63,732 bases of DNA from a virus (taxonomy: Duplodnaviria; Caudoviricetes), in IMG/VR virus record IMGVR_UViG_3300036770_004125, positions 1-63,732 of that record; one strand, 5' to 3'. The notes beneath the pieces were generated by a model. The model was not told the origin of the DNA, made no database searches, and saw only the letters and a program-made list of their open reading frames with translations. Position 1 is the stretch's first letter; each line of letters opens with the position of its first letter. A program made the translations under genes and the position numbers. Shown here one piece after another: positions 10,415 to 20,614 of the stretch.

Positions 10415-11845
10415 TTATGGAGTTCCAAAAGGATTTTTCTCATCAAAATCTAAAATTTTATCTGCTTCTTCTTCAATTATATCATTTTGACCAAACCCAT
10501 CATTTACATTATTTAAGTCTGCAGATCTTACGGTATAATTGGCATTTGATGTTTGTCCAACTATTATTTCTCCAGGAACAAAAATTCCAGTTGAATTTGA
10601 AACTTCTAGTATTTTTGTAATGGAATTCCAAGATTTGACTCTTGCTTTAGCATTACTTATACTTCCAGTTACAACCTCATTAAACTGATAAGTTCCAAAT
10701 CCAACAATAACATTTGGAGGTGCAATATTTATTTGCGGAACTGAGGTATATCCTAAACCAGAATTTATGATTCTTATTTCAGTAACAGATCCTGCATCAT
10801 TGATAGATGAAACTGCTTGTGCTTGAATAGAAGAAATACCAACAAAACTGACTGTAGGAGGAATTGTATATCCAGATCCACCTTCAGTTACTGTTATAAT
10901 TCCGACAATTCCATCTCCAATAGTTGCTACTGCTTCAGCACCAGAACCGCCACCACCTAAAAATGAAACTCTTGGGGCAACAGTATAACCAAATCCTGGA
11001 TTTGTTAATTGAACCCCCTGAACTCGGAATAAAGTTTCATCTGGTTCGCATAAGTCTACAATTCCACCTATCATTGTTGCTATTCCAGTAGCTGTTCCTC
11101 CTCCAGAAGGAGCAGATGAAAATGCTACATTTGGCGCAGATCTATATCCAGATCCTCTATTTTTAATAGTTACAAATCTAACACCACCATTGACAATAGT
11201 AGTAATTGCAGATGCAGTAATTCCCATTCCTACTAACTGAATTGATTGAGTTACTGAGAATTGTGGTCTATCTGTCACATCATCTCCAGTTCCATCTCCA
11301 TCAGATCCACCACCATCTGGGTTATCAATAAAGTCAATACCAGTATCAATAATTTCATTCTGATATCTAAAGAGTTCACATCGTAATTCATAAACATAAT
11401 TTTTTCTTAATTGATAGAATGGTTTTTCATGCTCAACATATTTAATTTCAAATAATCTATTTCCATATGGAAAATAAATTAGATCTCCTTCTTTAGGTCT
11501 TTTTGATAATTTTATATCTGGAATATTTTGAATTAATATTGAAATATAAGTATCATACCTTTCCTTAGAAATTATAAGATTTAAATCATCTAATTCTTGA
11601 ATGCCAAATTTTGAAAGAATAGTTCCCTGACCACCATATCCTTCATATGAATCTACATACGCTTCTATAGGGTATGCAAAATTAAAATGTGATTCTATTA
11701 CTTCTTTTATAACTGTTTTTTCAGTTACATATCTTCTTGGAAGATAATAAACATCCACTCCATACATTCTCAAATGTTCATTGATAAGATCTTGTACAAG
11801 ACCTTGTTCAGTTGGTGAACCTTGAAGAAAAAATGGATTTAACAT
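10415..11845 (-). CDS. g14: Neck protein (gp14) with an inserted Gly-rich repeat region
   Basis: YGVDVYYLPR, RPKEGDLIYFP, FEIKYVEHEKPFYQL; GSGY repeats. Confidence 0.93.
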   Translation of the reverse strand: MLNPFFLQGSPTEQGLVQDLINEHLRMYGVDVYYLPRRYVTEKTVIKEVIESHFNFAYPIEAYVDSYEGYGGQGTILSKFGIQELDDLNLIISKERYDTYISILIQNIPDIKLSKRPKEGDLIYFPYGNRLFEIKYVEHEKPFYQLRKNYVYELRCELFRYQNEIIDTGIDFIDNPDGGGSDGDGTGDDVTDRPQFSVTQSIQLVGMGITASAITTIVNGGVRFVTIKNRGSGYRSAPNVAFSSAPSGGGTATGIATMIGGIVDLCEPDETLFRVQGVQLTNPGFGYTVAPRVSFLGGGGSGAEAVATIGDGIVGIITVTEGGSGYTIPPTVSFVGISSIQAQAVSSINDAGSVTEIRIINSGLGYTSVPQINIAPPNVIVGFGTYQFNEVVTGSISNAKARVKSWNSITKILEVSNSTGIFVPGEIIVGQTSNANYTVRSADLNNVNDGFGQNDIIEEEADKILDFDEKNPFGTP

Positions 11846-11849
11846 ATTT

Positions 11850-12692
11850 TTATCCGATCATATCAAGAGGTGGAAGTTCATAAGTAGAGAACATTTTTTC
11901 TGTTATTGAATCTAATTCTCTTTGTCCATCATCATAAAGTTGTCTACCATTTAATTCAACTCCACCTGGAAGTTTTACTCCTTGGAATTTAATTAAGTTT
12001 TGTCCCCATTGTTTTTTAATTAAAGCAGTTGTATATTGCTTTAAAAATGAATCATTCCAAACTCTAGAATAATCATTTGGATCCATCATTCTATAACAAT
12101 CTATGACTAAATATTCTCCCGCTTTCAAAGAACTCCAATCAATATCTAGATAAAGTCTATTTTGTCTTCTATTAAAACGAATTTGTTTTTGAGTTGTTAA
12201 TAACCAATCAATATCCTCAAGATATGTTTTTACCATTGAATATGTTAAAAGTTCAGTAGATCCCCAATAGTAAATGTCATTTAAAAATAACTGATATTTA
12301 ATGCTGAACATTCCACTTGCAATTGAGTTAGATCCTTCAAAGTGGAATATCTTATTGACACCTATAATATGATTTGGGATTTTTAAATAATTACCATTTT
12401 CATAATAATTGAAAGTAGTTTCAACTCCTCCTATATTTTCTGTTGCAGAAGTTGATGTAATTCCTACGCCATCAATTCCTTTTGCTCTACCTCTATCAAT
12501 ATCATCTTGAGTAATTTGATACTTTAAGTATGTCTGATAAACACCATCAAAATGCCTACTTTGAAATAATTGCAATGCATCATCAACTAGGTCATCTATT
12601 TGTTCCTGTGCAACATTAATTTCTAATACAGGAGCACCTAGTTTTCTTAAACAATAATCAATAAATTCTTGTCTTGATGATGGTTTTGCCAT
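11850..12692 (-). CDS. g13: Neck protein (gp13)
   Basis: YCLRKLGAPVLEINV and KQWGQNLIKFQGVKLPGG. Confidence 0.95.
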   Translation of the reverse strand: MAKPSSRQEFIDYCLRKLGAPVLEINVAQEQIDDLVDDALQLFQSRHFDGVYQTYLKYQITQDDIDRGRAKGIDGVGITSTSATENIGGVETTFNYYENGNYLKIPNHIIGVNKIFHFEGSNSIASGMFSIKYQLFLNDIYYWGSTELLTYSMVKTYLEDIDWLLTTQKQIRFNRRQNRLYLDIDWSSLKAGEYLVIDCYRMMDPNDYSRVWNDSFLKQYTTALIKKQWGQNLIKFQGVKLPGGVELNGRQLYDDGQRELDSITEKMFSTYELPPLDMIG

Positions 12693-12856
12693 TAGAGTTT
12701 AGATACAACTTCTTGCTGTTTTAAGTATAATCTTGCAAAAGATTTTGCAAAATTTCTAACCGTATCAATATTATCTATATTATCTATATCTCTTGAGATT
12801 TTTTCATATTCAAACATTTTATTGACATCTTCAAGAATAATATCATTTGGGTTCAT
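12692..12856 (-). CDS. Small helical protein, NblA-like candidate
   Basis: Read manually: MNPNDIILEDVNKMFEYEKISRDIDNIDNIDTVRNFAKSFARLYLKQQEVVSKL (54 aa); its stop overlaps the g13 start. Confidence 0.65.
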   Translation of the reverse strand: MNPNDIILEDVNKMFEYEKISRDIDNIDNIDTVRNFAKSFARLYLKQQEVVSKL

Positions 12857-13073
12857 TTAAAATTCTCCTTAATAAATCTTTAATTTCATTAATATCATTT
12901 TTGACTTCTAAAAGTTCCTTTTCAAAATTAACACTATTTTTCTTTTCTCTTTCTTTTTGTTCTTTTAATCTCATATAGTTATTATATTGAGATCTATTAC
13001 TGTTTATAATAGAATTTGTTTCTGGGTCTCTTAAAAGACCCATATGATCTTTTACTGGTATTAAATCTGACAT
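12843..13073 (-). CDS. Hypothetical protein (coiled-coil C terminus)
   Basis: 76 aa with LLRDPETNSIIN and EVKNDINEIKDLL. Confidence 0.75.
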   Translation of the reverse strand: MSDLIPVKDHMGLLRDPETNSIINSNRSQYNNYMRLKEQKEREKKNSVNFEKELLEVKNDINEIKDLLRRILNEPK

Positions 13074-13075
13074 AA

Positions 13076-16000
13076 TTATGCTAAAGCTATTGCTCTAATA
13101 TCTTTTAATTGAGGTACATATGACTGACTTGTACTAGTCATAATTAGTTTTATTCTATAGTGAGTAAATGAGGGTAAACTATTAGCAGTAAATTCATATT
13201 CTTTGAAGTTATTATTTTCAAAATCTAAAATTGAATTTCTTTCTACAAAGGAATCGGGTCTACCATCACTATTTTCAGGATCTATTGTTTCAAATAAATT
13301 ATTTAAATTATTAAATCCTGGGAACAATTCAAAAATAGGATCTGAATTTTCCTTATTATCTATTGAATAAAGTGCTCTAATATCAGAGAAAATATTAATG
13401 TCAGCAGAAACATAAAGTTTTAAAGATGTTGCTGGGTTCTGCAATCTTATAGTCTTAGATACATATAAGAAAGCATTTTGATCTCTAGTTAAAGAATTTA
13501 CTCTATTATCTCCAGGATATTCATCATCATTTACTATTTTATTGACTCTATTGGTTGTAGTAACAACACTTGCTCTAGTCAAATCTACACATGGAGATAT
13601 TCTAGAATCATTAGTTGATAAAGTTAGTGCTATATTAAAAGATTTATTTCCAGGCAAATCTGATAGAAGATTAGTTTCATTTACTGAAGAGCAAATCAGT
13701 CTTGGAGTTGAAAAGTAGTTATATTCACCTAAAGAAATAGGCGAGAATCCTTGATCAATAAAAGATTCTTCATTTCCAGAAATACTCTTTCCAGAAACTG
13801 TTCTAACCTGTGCTGATACATTAGTTTCATTTGGTGTAAATGTTTCAATTAATGGAGTAAGAACTTCAAATTGCATATTTTGTGTTGAAGAAACTTCAAA
13901 TCCTCCATCAAATTTACTACTTAAAAAGTATAAAGCAGGTGTCAGAGATGAGGATGGAGTTCTATCAGTAATTTCTAAATCTCCATCAATAAAACTTTCT
14001 TGGCTTACCTTTAAAGTATAATAGTCTAATCCTACAGGATTATCTATTGTCGCATCTTCTAATCTATGTGTTTTGTTTATTCTTAAAAGTGAAACACCAT
14101 TTATTTCATATTTTCTAATTTCACTATCTTGGTTATGTGAAGAAACGACAGTATTTTTTATTCCTCTTGTTATATCAATTAAAGATCCATTAGATACACC
14201 GAGATATTTAATAATTTCTCCGTTAAGTATTGCATATCCAGGATTTGATGGAGAAACTGCCAATCCTTCAAAATTTACAAATATGGTAGAATTAGTGACA
14301 GGTAAAGATCCTACAAAATCATTTGATATTGTTTGAGTTATTTTACTTGGTGGAACATCTGGAGTTACACCGGACAATTCAACATAATTTAATGATGAAT
14401 GCATACCATGATTTAAATGTCTAACTCTAAAATGTAATCCATCATTTTCAACTGTTATTGGAGAAACTGGTAAAACATTTCCTCCACTACCAGAATTTAA
14501 GTTAACAGTTAATCCACTGGAATTAATAAATGTAATAGTATTACCTGCACCAATATTAAAATTACCCTGAACATCTTCTAAAATAATTTCATTAAATTGA
14601 TTTATTTCTCCAATAGAGATTCTCAAGTTTCTTCCAAGATTATCAACCCCCAAATTATCTACAGTTAATACATCACCAATTTGGTATCCAAATCCACCAG
14701 AAACTATAGTAGCACCAATTGCAACTCCATCTTCAATTGTAATATTGGCAGTTGCTCCATTACCTGTTCCAGTTATTGCTATCAATGGAACATTTGGATA
14801 TGTAAAATATCCTAGTGAAGGAGTATATCCTATTCCAACATTATCTATAGAAATTCCAGTTTTAGGAGAAGTCCCTCCAGTAGCAATTCCAACCTTTCCT
14901 GCATATATTCCAAATGCGCCACTACTTGCTTGAGTAACCTCACTTCCTATTGGGAAATTAGATTCACTTTCTGTTATTGTTTTTGATAAACCTACTCTAA
15001 TCTTTCTAGAAATAAAATCTAGTGGGTTACTTATAAGAGTTGGAACTTGATTATTTCCTTTAGTTAGTTTTGGATTATAGAAATTGACACTTCCTGGATT
15101 TGTAGTAAACTCGGCACGATATAAAGTAAACTTCAAATCTTCATATTGGCTTGGAGTCCAAGTTGATGCATTTTGAGACTTAAATAGTGAACCCAAGATT
15201 GGTTGAGTAGTTATTCTTTCTCCAGTAAGAGTATCTAATGGGGGTGCAAAAGGTTCTTCCGCCACCTCAGGATCTCTTCCTAAGATTGAAGAAATCCAAA
15301 CAAAATAGGATGTAGAATTAGATAATAATACTATTGCATATTCTTGATTTCCTTCAATGTAAACGGGACTTTCAAATTCAAATGTAGTTGGAACTGATGC
15401 ATCATCAGATACATTAACTTGATCTGGATTTAACGAAACAGTACTAAATGGTAGTATAGTTTGGGTTGGGAACCCAAGATCCATAGTTCTAATCTGACAA
15501 GTTACTGGGATGGAAGCATCTTTTGTTTCAAAATAAACATCAAGTTTAGTTAAATAAACTCCATTTGGTTCATCACAAGCAAATGATTGTGCGAGTGGGT
15601 CAATATAAAGACCAGTAAATTGAGGTTCACCTGTTTTAGTATCATTAACTGTAATTACATCAATTTTAGCATTTCTGATTGAAATAATTTTTTCTTGAAT
15701 TTTTTGTGTTTTTCCTTCAGCAAAATAATCACTTTCTCCAGAAGTTCCTACAGTAACAGGTTGGTTTGTAGGATCGCTAGTTAATACAAATTTTCTTATT
15801 CCAGAATTAAACTTGGGATTTTGAATTATATTTGGATTTGGAATAAAGAATGATCCAATAATATCTCCAAATTTATCAGGTATCAAAGTAGTTGAAGATA
15901 CTACAGCAATTGCTCCACTTGTTCTTCCAACCAAAATATAATCTGGTCTTATTAATCCATAATAAGAAGTATCAGACATTAAGGACAATGATGATGTATC

Positions 16001-19000
16001 AATATTCAACAAAGTAGAAGATGAAGAATAATTTGAAATACTTTGTCCTGGAGAATATGGATTTTCTGTAAATGTTTCTGTGGGAGAATTAAATGGTCCT
16101 TTTTTGTGCGCCGGAGCAGCTACTCTGAAAGATCCTTCAACTGTAGATCCTTCAGATTTTTTAAAGTCAACAGTTTCTCCAATAATAAATGTACCGGAGT
16201 TCATAGTTATATTGATTAATTTGGGGAAGCATTGATTTGTTACATCAACACCATCAAAAAATGCATAAATTGTTGAATATGGTTTAAAGTTACTTGCTCT
16301 AAATTCAACATTTCTGGACCTTATATAAGGTTGTATATCTACAGAAGCAACTGAATCTCCTAGGGATCTGGTCTCAAAAGATTCAGTTACTGACAATCTA
16401 GTACCACTTCTTCCATATAAAGCATCTACAACTTGAACATAAAGACCACCAGTAGGAACTACTCCTGGTTCGGGTTTTACTTTAGAGAATGCTGAAGGAT
16501 TGGATGATTTAGCATCCATGAAATCATTTCTAACAGATTCAGACTCTGCTGTACCTCCACCTCTTCTACCTGTTCCACTTTTTCTAGCATCTACCCATCT
16601 TGGATTTCCATATCCCAATAAAGACCAAGATCCCCAAACTATTGGACCTAATCCAGTTTGCGGATCAAATCCTTGAGTCTTTGATAGTTGATTTAATGTT
16701 GACAAATAGTTTCCTTCTATTTGAACAGTTAATGGATCCAATCTAACAGTATCAATCCAAATGTCTGAAGAAGGATTAAGTTTAATATCTCCTTTCCAGA
16801 AAGTTAAGATATATGGTTGAACATTTTCAGTCCTAGTAGCATAAGGTTGTTTAATAAATTCAATATCTGAATAATTTAGTGTTACAATATCTCCACTTTT
16901 TCTTATATTTGTTCCTATTATATCGCTAGTTGATATATTTTGAATATCTTCATTTGTAGTAGATCCAATTCCTAATCCACCTCTTGTCGCAAGTAAAAGG
17001 TCTATTGAGGTAGTGTAGTGTGATGGTCTTAAAATATTTAAAAATGGATCAACTGAGTTTCTAATGCCAATTTTATCTTCTTGGGTAGATAAAGAACTAA
17101 AATTATCTACAAAGAAACCTGACTTAAATCTATTGATACCTGCGGAATCCAATATTTGTAAATTTGAAGTTTCAGTTTCTAATAAAGATAAAGTTGTATA
17201 ATATTCTAAATTTTTAATTCTAGTTTCTAATTTTGAGATATCAGACATTTGATATCTCTTGTGTTCAAATATTGTTATTGATGCTTTCTTAGTATCATAA
17301 AGATATGGAGGAAGAAAAACAGTAGCAATTTCTAAAGAATCCTCTACTGGTTGTGGTGCCTTGGGATTTTCATCAGGTATACCAGTTTTAACTATAAAAT
17401 TTTTATTTTTATCAACAAAAATTCTATCTATTCTTGGCAAATAAAAATCATAATCTAAAGGTATTGACTCATCGGATGCTAAAATATCAGATGCACTGTT
17501 TCCCTGCTGATTAAATTTTCTACCTTGAAACTCAAATGGAGATCTTGCCCCTTCAGAAACAACATAATCAGAAACTCTAGGTCTTATATCAATTATATCA
17601 GTCACCCTATACCCATTATGGACAGGTATATCATTTTTATAATCAAACAATTGATATGAACTTGCAGTTGTTATATCTCCATCATCTTGCGAATCATAAT
17701 ATGCATATTCAAAGAATATTTTTATCTTTGCTTGAGGTTCTAAAATTCCTTCTTTTCTTACAATTTTACCATAATCATAAAAAGTATCATTTTGACCAGT
17801 ATCATATGTAAAAGATTTTGTAATATTTTTACTAGGAGTTTCTAAAGAACTTATTACAGCAATAGTTCCAGATTCTTTAAACTCAACTATTTCTCCAACC
17901 TGGAAAACCGCATCATTTTGATATATTAAAGTTATTTGATTAAAAGAAATTCTTTCTGCAAAAATAGCAACTGCATTACTACGCTTACCTACAATTTTTT
18001 CTCCAATAACCAAGTCAGATGTTGTTGAAGTTGAATTTATTATTGTGGATAAAACTGCTTTAGGGGCAGAAGGGTCAGAAATTCCTAAAGACTCAAAAAT
18101 TCCATGGACTTTTATTACATCAGGAACATTTAAACATATTTCTCTGTCTTGAACTCTAGTTCCATATGGATAATTCCCATATTCTAAACCATCGTTTCTA
18201 GTTGCTGTTCCAATTCCAGATGTAGTAACTGTAGATTTATCAACGATTAAGGTTTTAACTCTAGTTTTTTTCTTAACTTTAGATTTAATATTTGTCTTTC
18301 TTAAGGTTGCAATTAAGATTGCTCCAGTATCATTTTCTGCAGTCAATCCTTTTATTTGCAATTCTTTACCATCAGTAGAAACTTGAACTCTATCTTCGGA
18401 TAGTGGTTCTATAGATCCACCAGAAGTGAATAAAGCATATCTTTCTTCATCATAAGGCAAAAATGCTTGATTTGATCCAGATGGAATAGTTTCTGTTGCA
18501 TAATTTGTTATGTTAACATTATACTGTTTTCTAATAATTAAACTAGAATTTGTAAGATTTACATTAGATACATTTTTCTTTGATAAAGGCGCATATAATG
18601 TATTGCTTAATCCTGGTAAATAATTACTATTCAATACAGATAAATCTAAAACTGAAATATTTTGATCGGGAAGACCTCCTTCGCAAACACCTACGACAGT
18701 AGATACTCCAACAATTTTTACTAATGTAGACAAATTATTATTGTCTGTTACTTCAGTAACTTTCGCATATTTTTTGACACCTAAAATATCAGAATCAGTA
18801 AAACTAACTATATCATTTACTTTTAAATTATCTAAGTATTCAACGCCAGGTATTACAATTGTGGAAATTCCTGCAGAACTTGCAGTAATTGAACAAATTC
18901 CAATAATATAAGAACTTGACAGTACTGTGTCGGCATTAAAAAATGAAGAAGAATTTGAAGAATATATTGATTTTACATCTGATATGCCATAAGAAGTAAC

Positions 19001-20608
19001 AGCAACAGCAACCCTACTATTTCTTATTCCATCAAAAGTAAATGATTCATTCTTCAAAAATTTACCATTGACATTATAAAGAGTAAGAGAAGTTGTATTT
19101 GTTGCAGTGTCTTTCAAATATCCAGTTGCACCACTTGAATTGCCTATTACATAAGTTGGTACAGTTAATGATATTGGTTGATTTAGTGTAATTTTTGTAT
19201 ATGTTTGAATATCATAAAGAGATAGATCCCATCGGTTTAAATCTAGAAAAGAACTATAAGATCCTTCTTCTAAAGCAAAATCAAATACTCTAGCAACTCC
19301 AATTTCATCTCCAGAAGATGAAGATGCTACTTCTCCAATTCTACTATCTCTTAAACTAACAGTATATGTATTTCCAATGCCAATAGTTGGAGATCCATTA
19401 ACTCTATTAACTGCCACTGTAGGGCCAGTATAATATAAAACAGATTCAACACCAGAATTTTTTATCGTTCTTGTTTTTGGAATATCTAAAAATGTAGGAG
19501 AATTTATTTCAACTTCATATCCTCTTACATATGCTTTTCCTGGTGAAACTTTATATATTGCAAGTTCTTCTGAAGCTGCATTACCTTGATAAGTTCTTTT
19601 ACCCTCAGAAAAAATGCCATTATTTCCTAATCTATCATTCAAAGACTCTTCACAACTTACTTGGAATCTTTTTACATAATAATCACCAGATTCTTCAAAT
19701 GTTCTCTTTGCGAATTTATCATTAATTAAATTATATAAAGTATCATTTGGAGTATCTCTTAATATACCCCCTTGAACTCTAGCAATTTCTATAAAGTTTT
19801 GATTATTATTATCATCTAATGGTTTTTTATCTAAAAATGCAGTTATTTTTAATCTATCTGCTCCAGGAGCCGCATAATTATTAAATCCTCGTGCATTGTC
19901 AGTTAAAGTTTCATCAAAAGAAGATGATATAATTTCCTCTAATACAGTAAATCCAACTCTATAGTCTGGAGTATTAGTGTATTGATCTAGTATTAAAGTT
20001 TGAGTAGGTACAGTTACAAAATGCCCTCTGAGATAATATACCCCAGTTGAAACTGTAAATGATGAACCAAATGAATTAGAATTTAAAATAACTGTAGAAG
20101 CAAAAGCATCTCCAGAAACAAAAGCACTATTTGATGTTACTAAATTTTCCTCAACAATTAAATTTTCTCCATCCTCAAAGAAAAAACTTTGATTATTTTG
20201 AGTACTTGCATTTAGATAACTAACATATATGGTTGCATTTCCTCTTTCCGATTCATTTGAGGTTAAAGTCTTATCTACAATTGCAGTTATTCCAGATCTT
20301 TCTCCTCTTATTTTTACACCGACCAATGCATCAATATATGATGATACATTGACACCTAAAAATTCATTATTGAGTTCTACCGCATTATAAAAACTATTGT
20401 AACTAGTTTGCCCAGGAATGACTTTGGCACCTTCTTTGAAGATGTGATCGCCAAATTTTTCAATTTGATTTTGTAGTATTGACTGTAATGTAGTTAATTC
20501 TCTAGCTTGAACAGGATATCCAGGTTTAAAAAGAACCCTGTAATAATTTTTATTTTGATCAAAATCATCAAAATATGGTGATACATTAAGATTAGTTTCC
20601 TGTGGCAT
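13076..20608 (-). CDS. Large virion structural protein (cyanomyophage baseplate-associated, DUF4815/VrlC-like)
   Basis: 2510 aa starting MPQETNLNVSPYFDDF...VLFKPGYPVQARELTTLQ; contains DPLAQSF. Confidence 0.85.
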   Translation of the reverse strand: MPQETNLNVSPYFDDFDQNKNYYRVLFKPGYPVQARELTTLQSILQNQIEKFGDHIFKEGAKVIPGQTSYNSFYNAVELNNEFLGVNVSSYIDALVGVKIRGERSGITAIVDKTLTSNESERGNATIYVSYLNASTQNNQSFFFEDGENLIVEENLVTSNSAFVSGDAFASTVILNSNSFGSSFTVSTGVYYLRGHFVTVPTQTLILDQYTNTPDYRVGFTVLEEIISSSFDETLTDNARGFNNYAAPGADRLKITAFLDKKPLDDNNNQNFIEIARVQGGILRDTPNDTLYNLINDKFAKRTFEESGDYYVKRFQVSCEESLNDRLGNNGIFSEGKRTYQGNAASEELAIYKVSPGKAYVRGYEVEINSPTFLDIPKTRTIKNSGVESVLYYTGPTVAVNRVNGSPTIGIGNTYTVSLRDSRIGEVASSSSGDEIGVARVFDFALEEGSYSSFLDLNRWDLSLYDIQTYTKITLNQPISLTVPTYVIGNSSGATGYLKDTATNTTSLTLYNVNGKFLKNESFTFDGIRNSRVAVAVTSYGISDVKSIYSSNSSSFFNADTVLSSSYIIGICSITASSAGISTIVIPGVEYLDNLKVNDIVSFTDSDILGVKKYAKVTEVTDNNNLSTLVKIVGVSTVVGVCEGGLPDQNISVLDLSVLNSNYLPGLSNTLYAPLSKKNVSNVNLTNSSLIIRKQYNVNITNYATETIPSGSNQAFLPYDEERYALFTSGGSIEPLSEDRVQVSTDGKELQIKGLTAENDTGAILIATLRKTNIKSKVKKKTRVKTLIVDKSTVTTSGIGTATRNDGLEYGNYPYGTRVQDREICLNVPDVIKVHGIFESLGISDPSAPKAVLSTIINSTSTTSDLVIGEKIVGKRSNAVAIFAERISFNQITLIYQNDAVFQVGEIVEFKESGTIAVISSLETPSKNITKSFTYDTGQNDTFYDYGKIVRKEGILEPQAKIKIFFEYAYYDSQDDGDITTASSYQLFDYKNDIPVHNGYRVTDIIDIRPRVSDYVVSEGARSPFEFQGRKFNQQGNSASDILASDESIPLDYDFYLPRIDRIFVDKNKNFIVKTGIPDENPKAPQPVEDSLEIATVFLPPYLYDTKKASITIFEHKRYQMSDISKLETRIKNLEYYTTLSLLETETSNLQILDSAGINRFKSGFFVDNFSSLSTQEDKIGIRNSVDPFLNILRPSHYTTSIDLLLATRGGLGIGSTTNEDIQNISTSDIIGTNIRKSGDIVTLNYSDIEFIKQPYATRTENVQPYILTFWKGDIKLNPSSDIWIDTVRLDPLTVQIEGNYLSTLNQLSKTQGFDPQTGLGPIVWGSWSLLGYGNPRWVDARKSGTGRRGGGTAESESVRNDFMDAKSSNPSAFSKVKPEPGVVPTGGLYVQVVDALYGRSGTRLSVTESFETRSLGDSVASVDIQPYIRSRNVEFRASNFKPYSTIYAFFDGVDVTNQCFPKLINITMNSGTFIIGETVDFKKSEGSTVEGSFRVAAPAHKKGPFNSPTETFTENPYSPGQSISNYSSSSTLLNIDTSSLSLMSDTSYYGLIRPDYILVGRTSGAIAVVSSTTLIPDKFGDIIGSFFIPNPNIIQNPKFNSGIRKFVLTSDPTNQPVTVGTSGESDYFAEGKTQKIQEKIISIRNAKIDVITVNDTKTGEPQFTGLYIDPLAQSFACDEPNGVYLTKLDVYFETKDASIPVTCQIRTMDLGFPTQTILPFSTVSLNPDQVNVSDDASVPTTFEFESPVYIEGNQEYAIVLLSNSTSYFVWISSILGRDPEVAEEPFAPPLDTLTGERITTQPILGSLFKSQNASTWTPSQYEDLKFTLYRAEFTTNPGSVNFYNPKLTKGNNQVPTLISNPLDFISRKIRVGLSKTITESESNFPIGSEVTQASSGAFGIYAGKVGIATGGTSPKTGISIDNVGIGYTPSLGYFTYPNVPLIAITGTGNGATANITIEDGVAIGATIVSGGFGYQIGDVLTVDNLGVDNLGRNLRISIGEINQFNEIILEDVQGNFNIGAGNTITFINSSGLTVNLNSGSGGNVLPVSPITVENDGLHFRVRHLNHGMHSSLNYVELSGVTPDVPPSKITQTISNDFVGSLPVTNSTIFVNFEGLAVSPSNPGYAILNGEIIKYLGVSNGSLIDITRGIKNTVVSSHNQDSEIRKYEINGVSLLRINKTHRLEDATIDNPVGLDYYTLKVSQESFIDGDLEITDRTPSSSLTPALYFLSSKFDGGFEVSSTQNMQFEVLTPLIETFTPNETNVSAQVRTVSGKSISGNEESFIDQGFSPISLGEYNYFSTPRLICSSVNETNLLSDLPGNKSFNIALTLSTNDSRISPCVDLTRASVVTTTNRVNKIVNDDEYPGDNRVNSLTRDQNAFLYVSKTIRLQNPATSLKLYVSADINIFSDIRALYSIDNKENSDPIFELFPGFNNLNNLFETIDPENSDGRPDSFVERNSILDFENNNFKEYEFTANSLPSFTHYRIKLIMTSTSQSYVPQLKDIRAIALA

Positions 20609-20614
20609 AATTCG

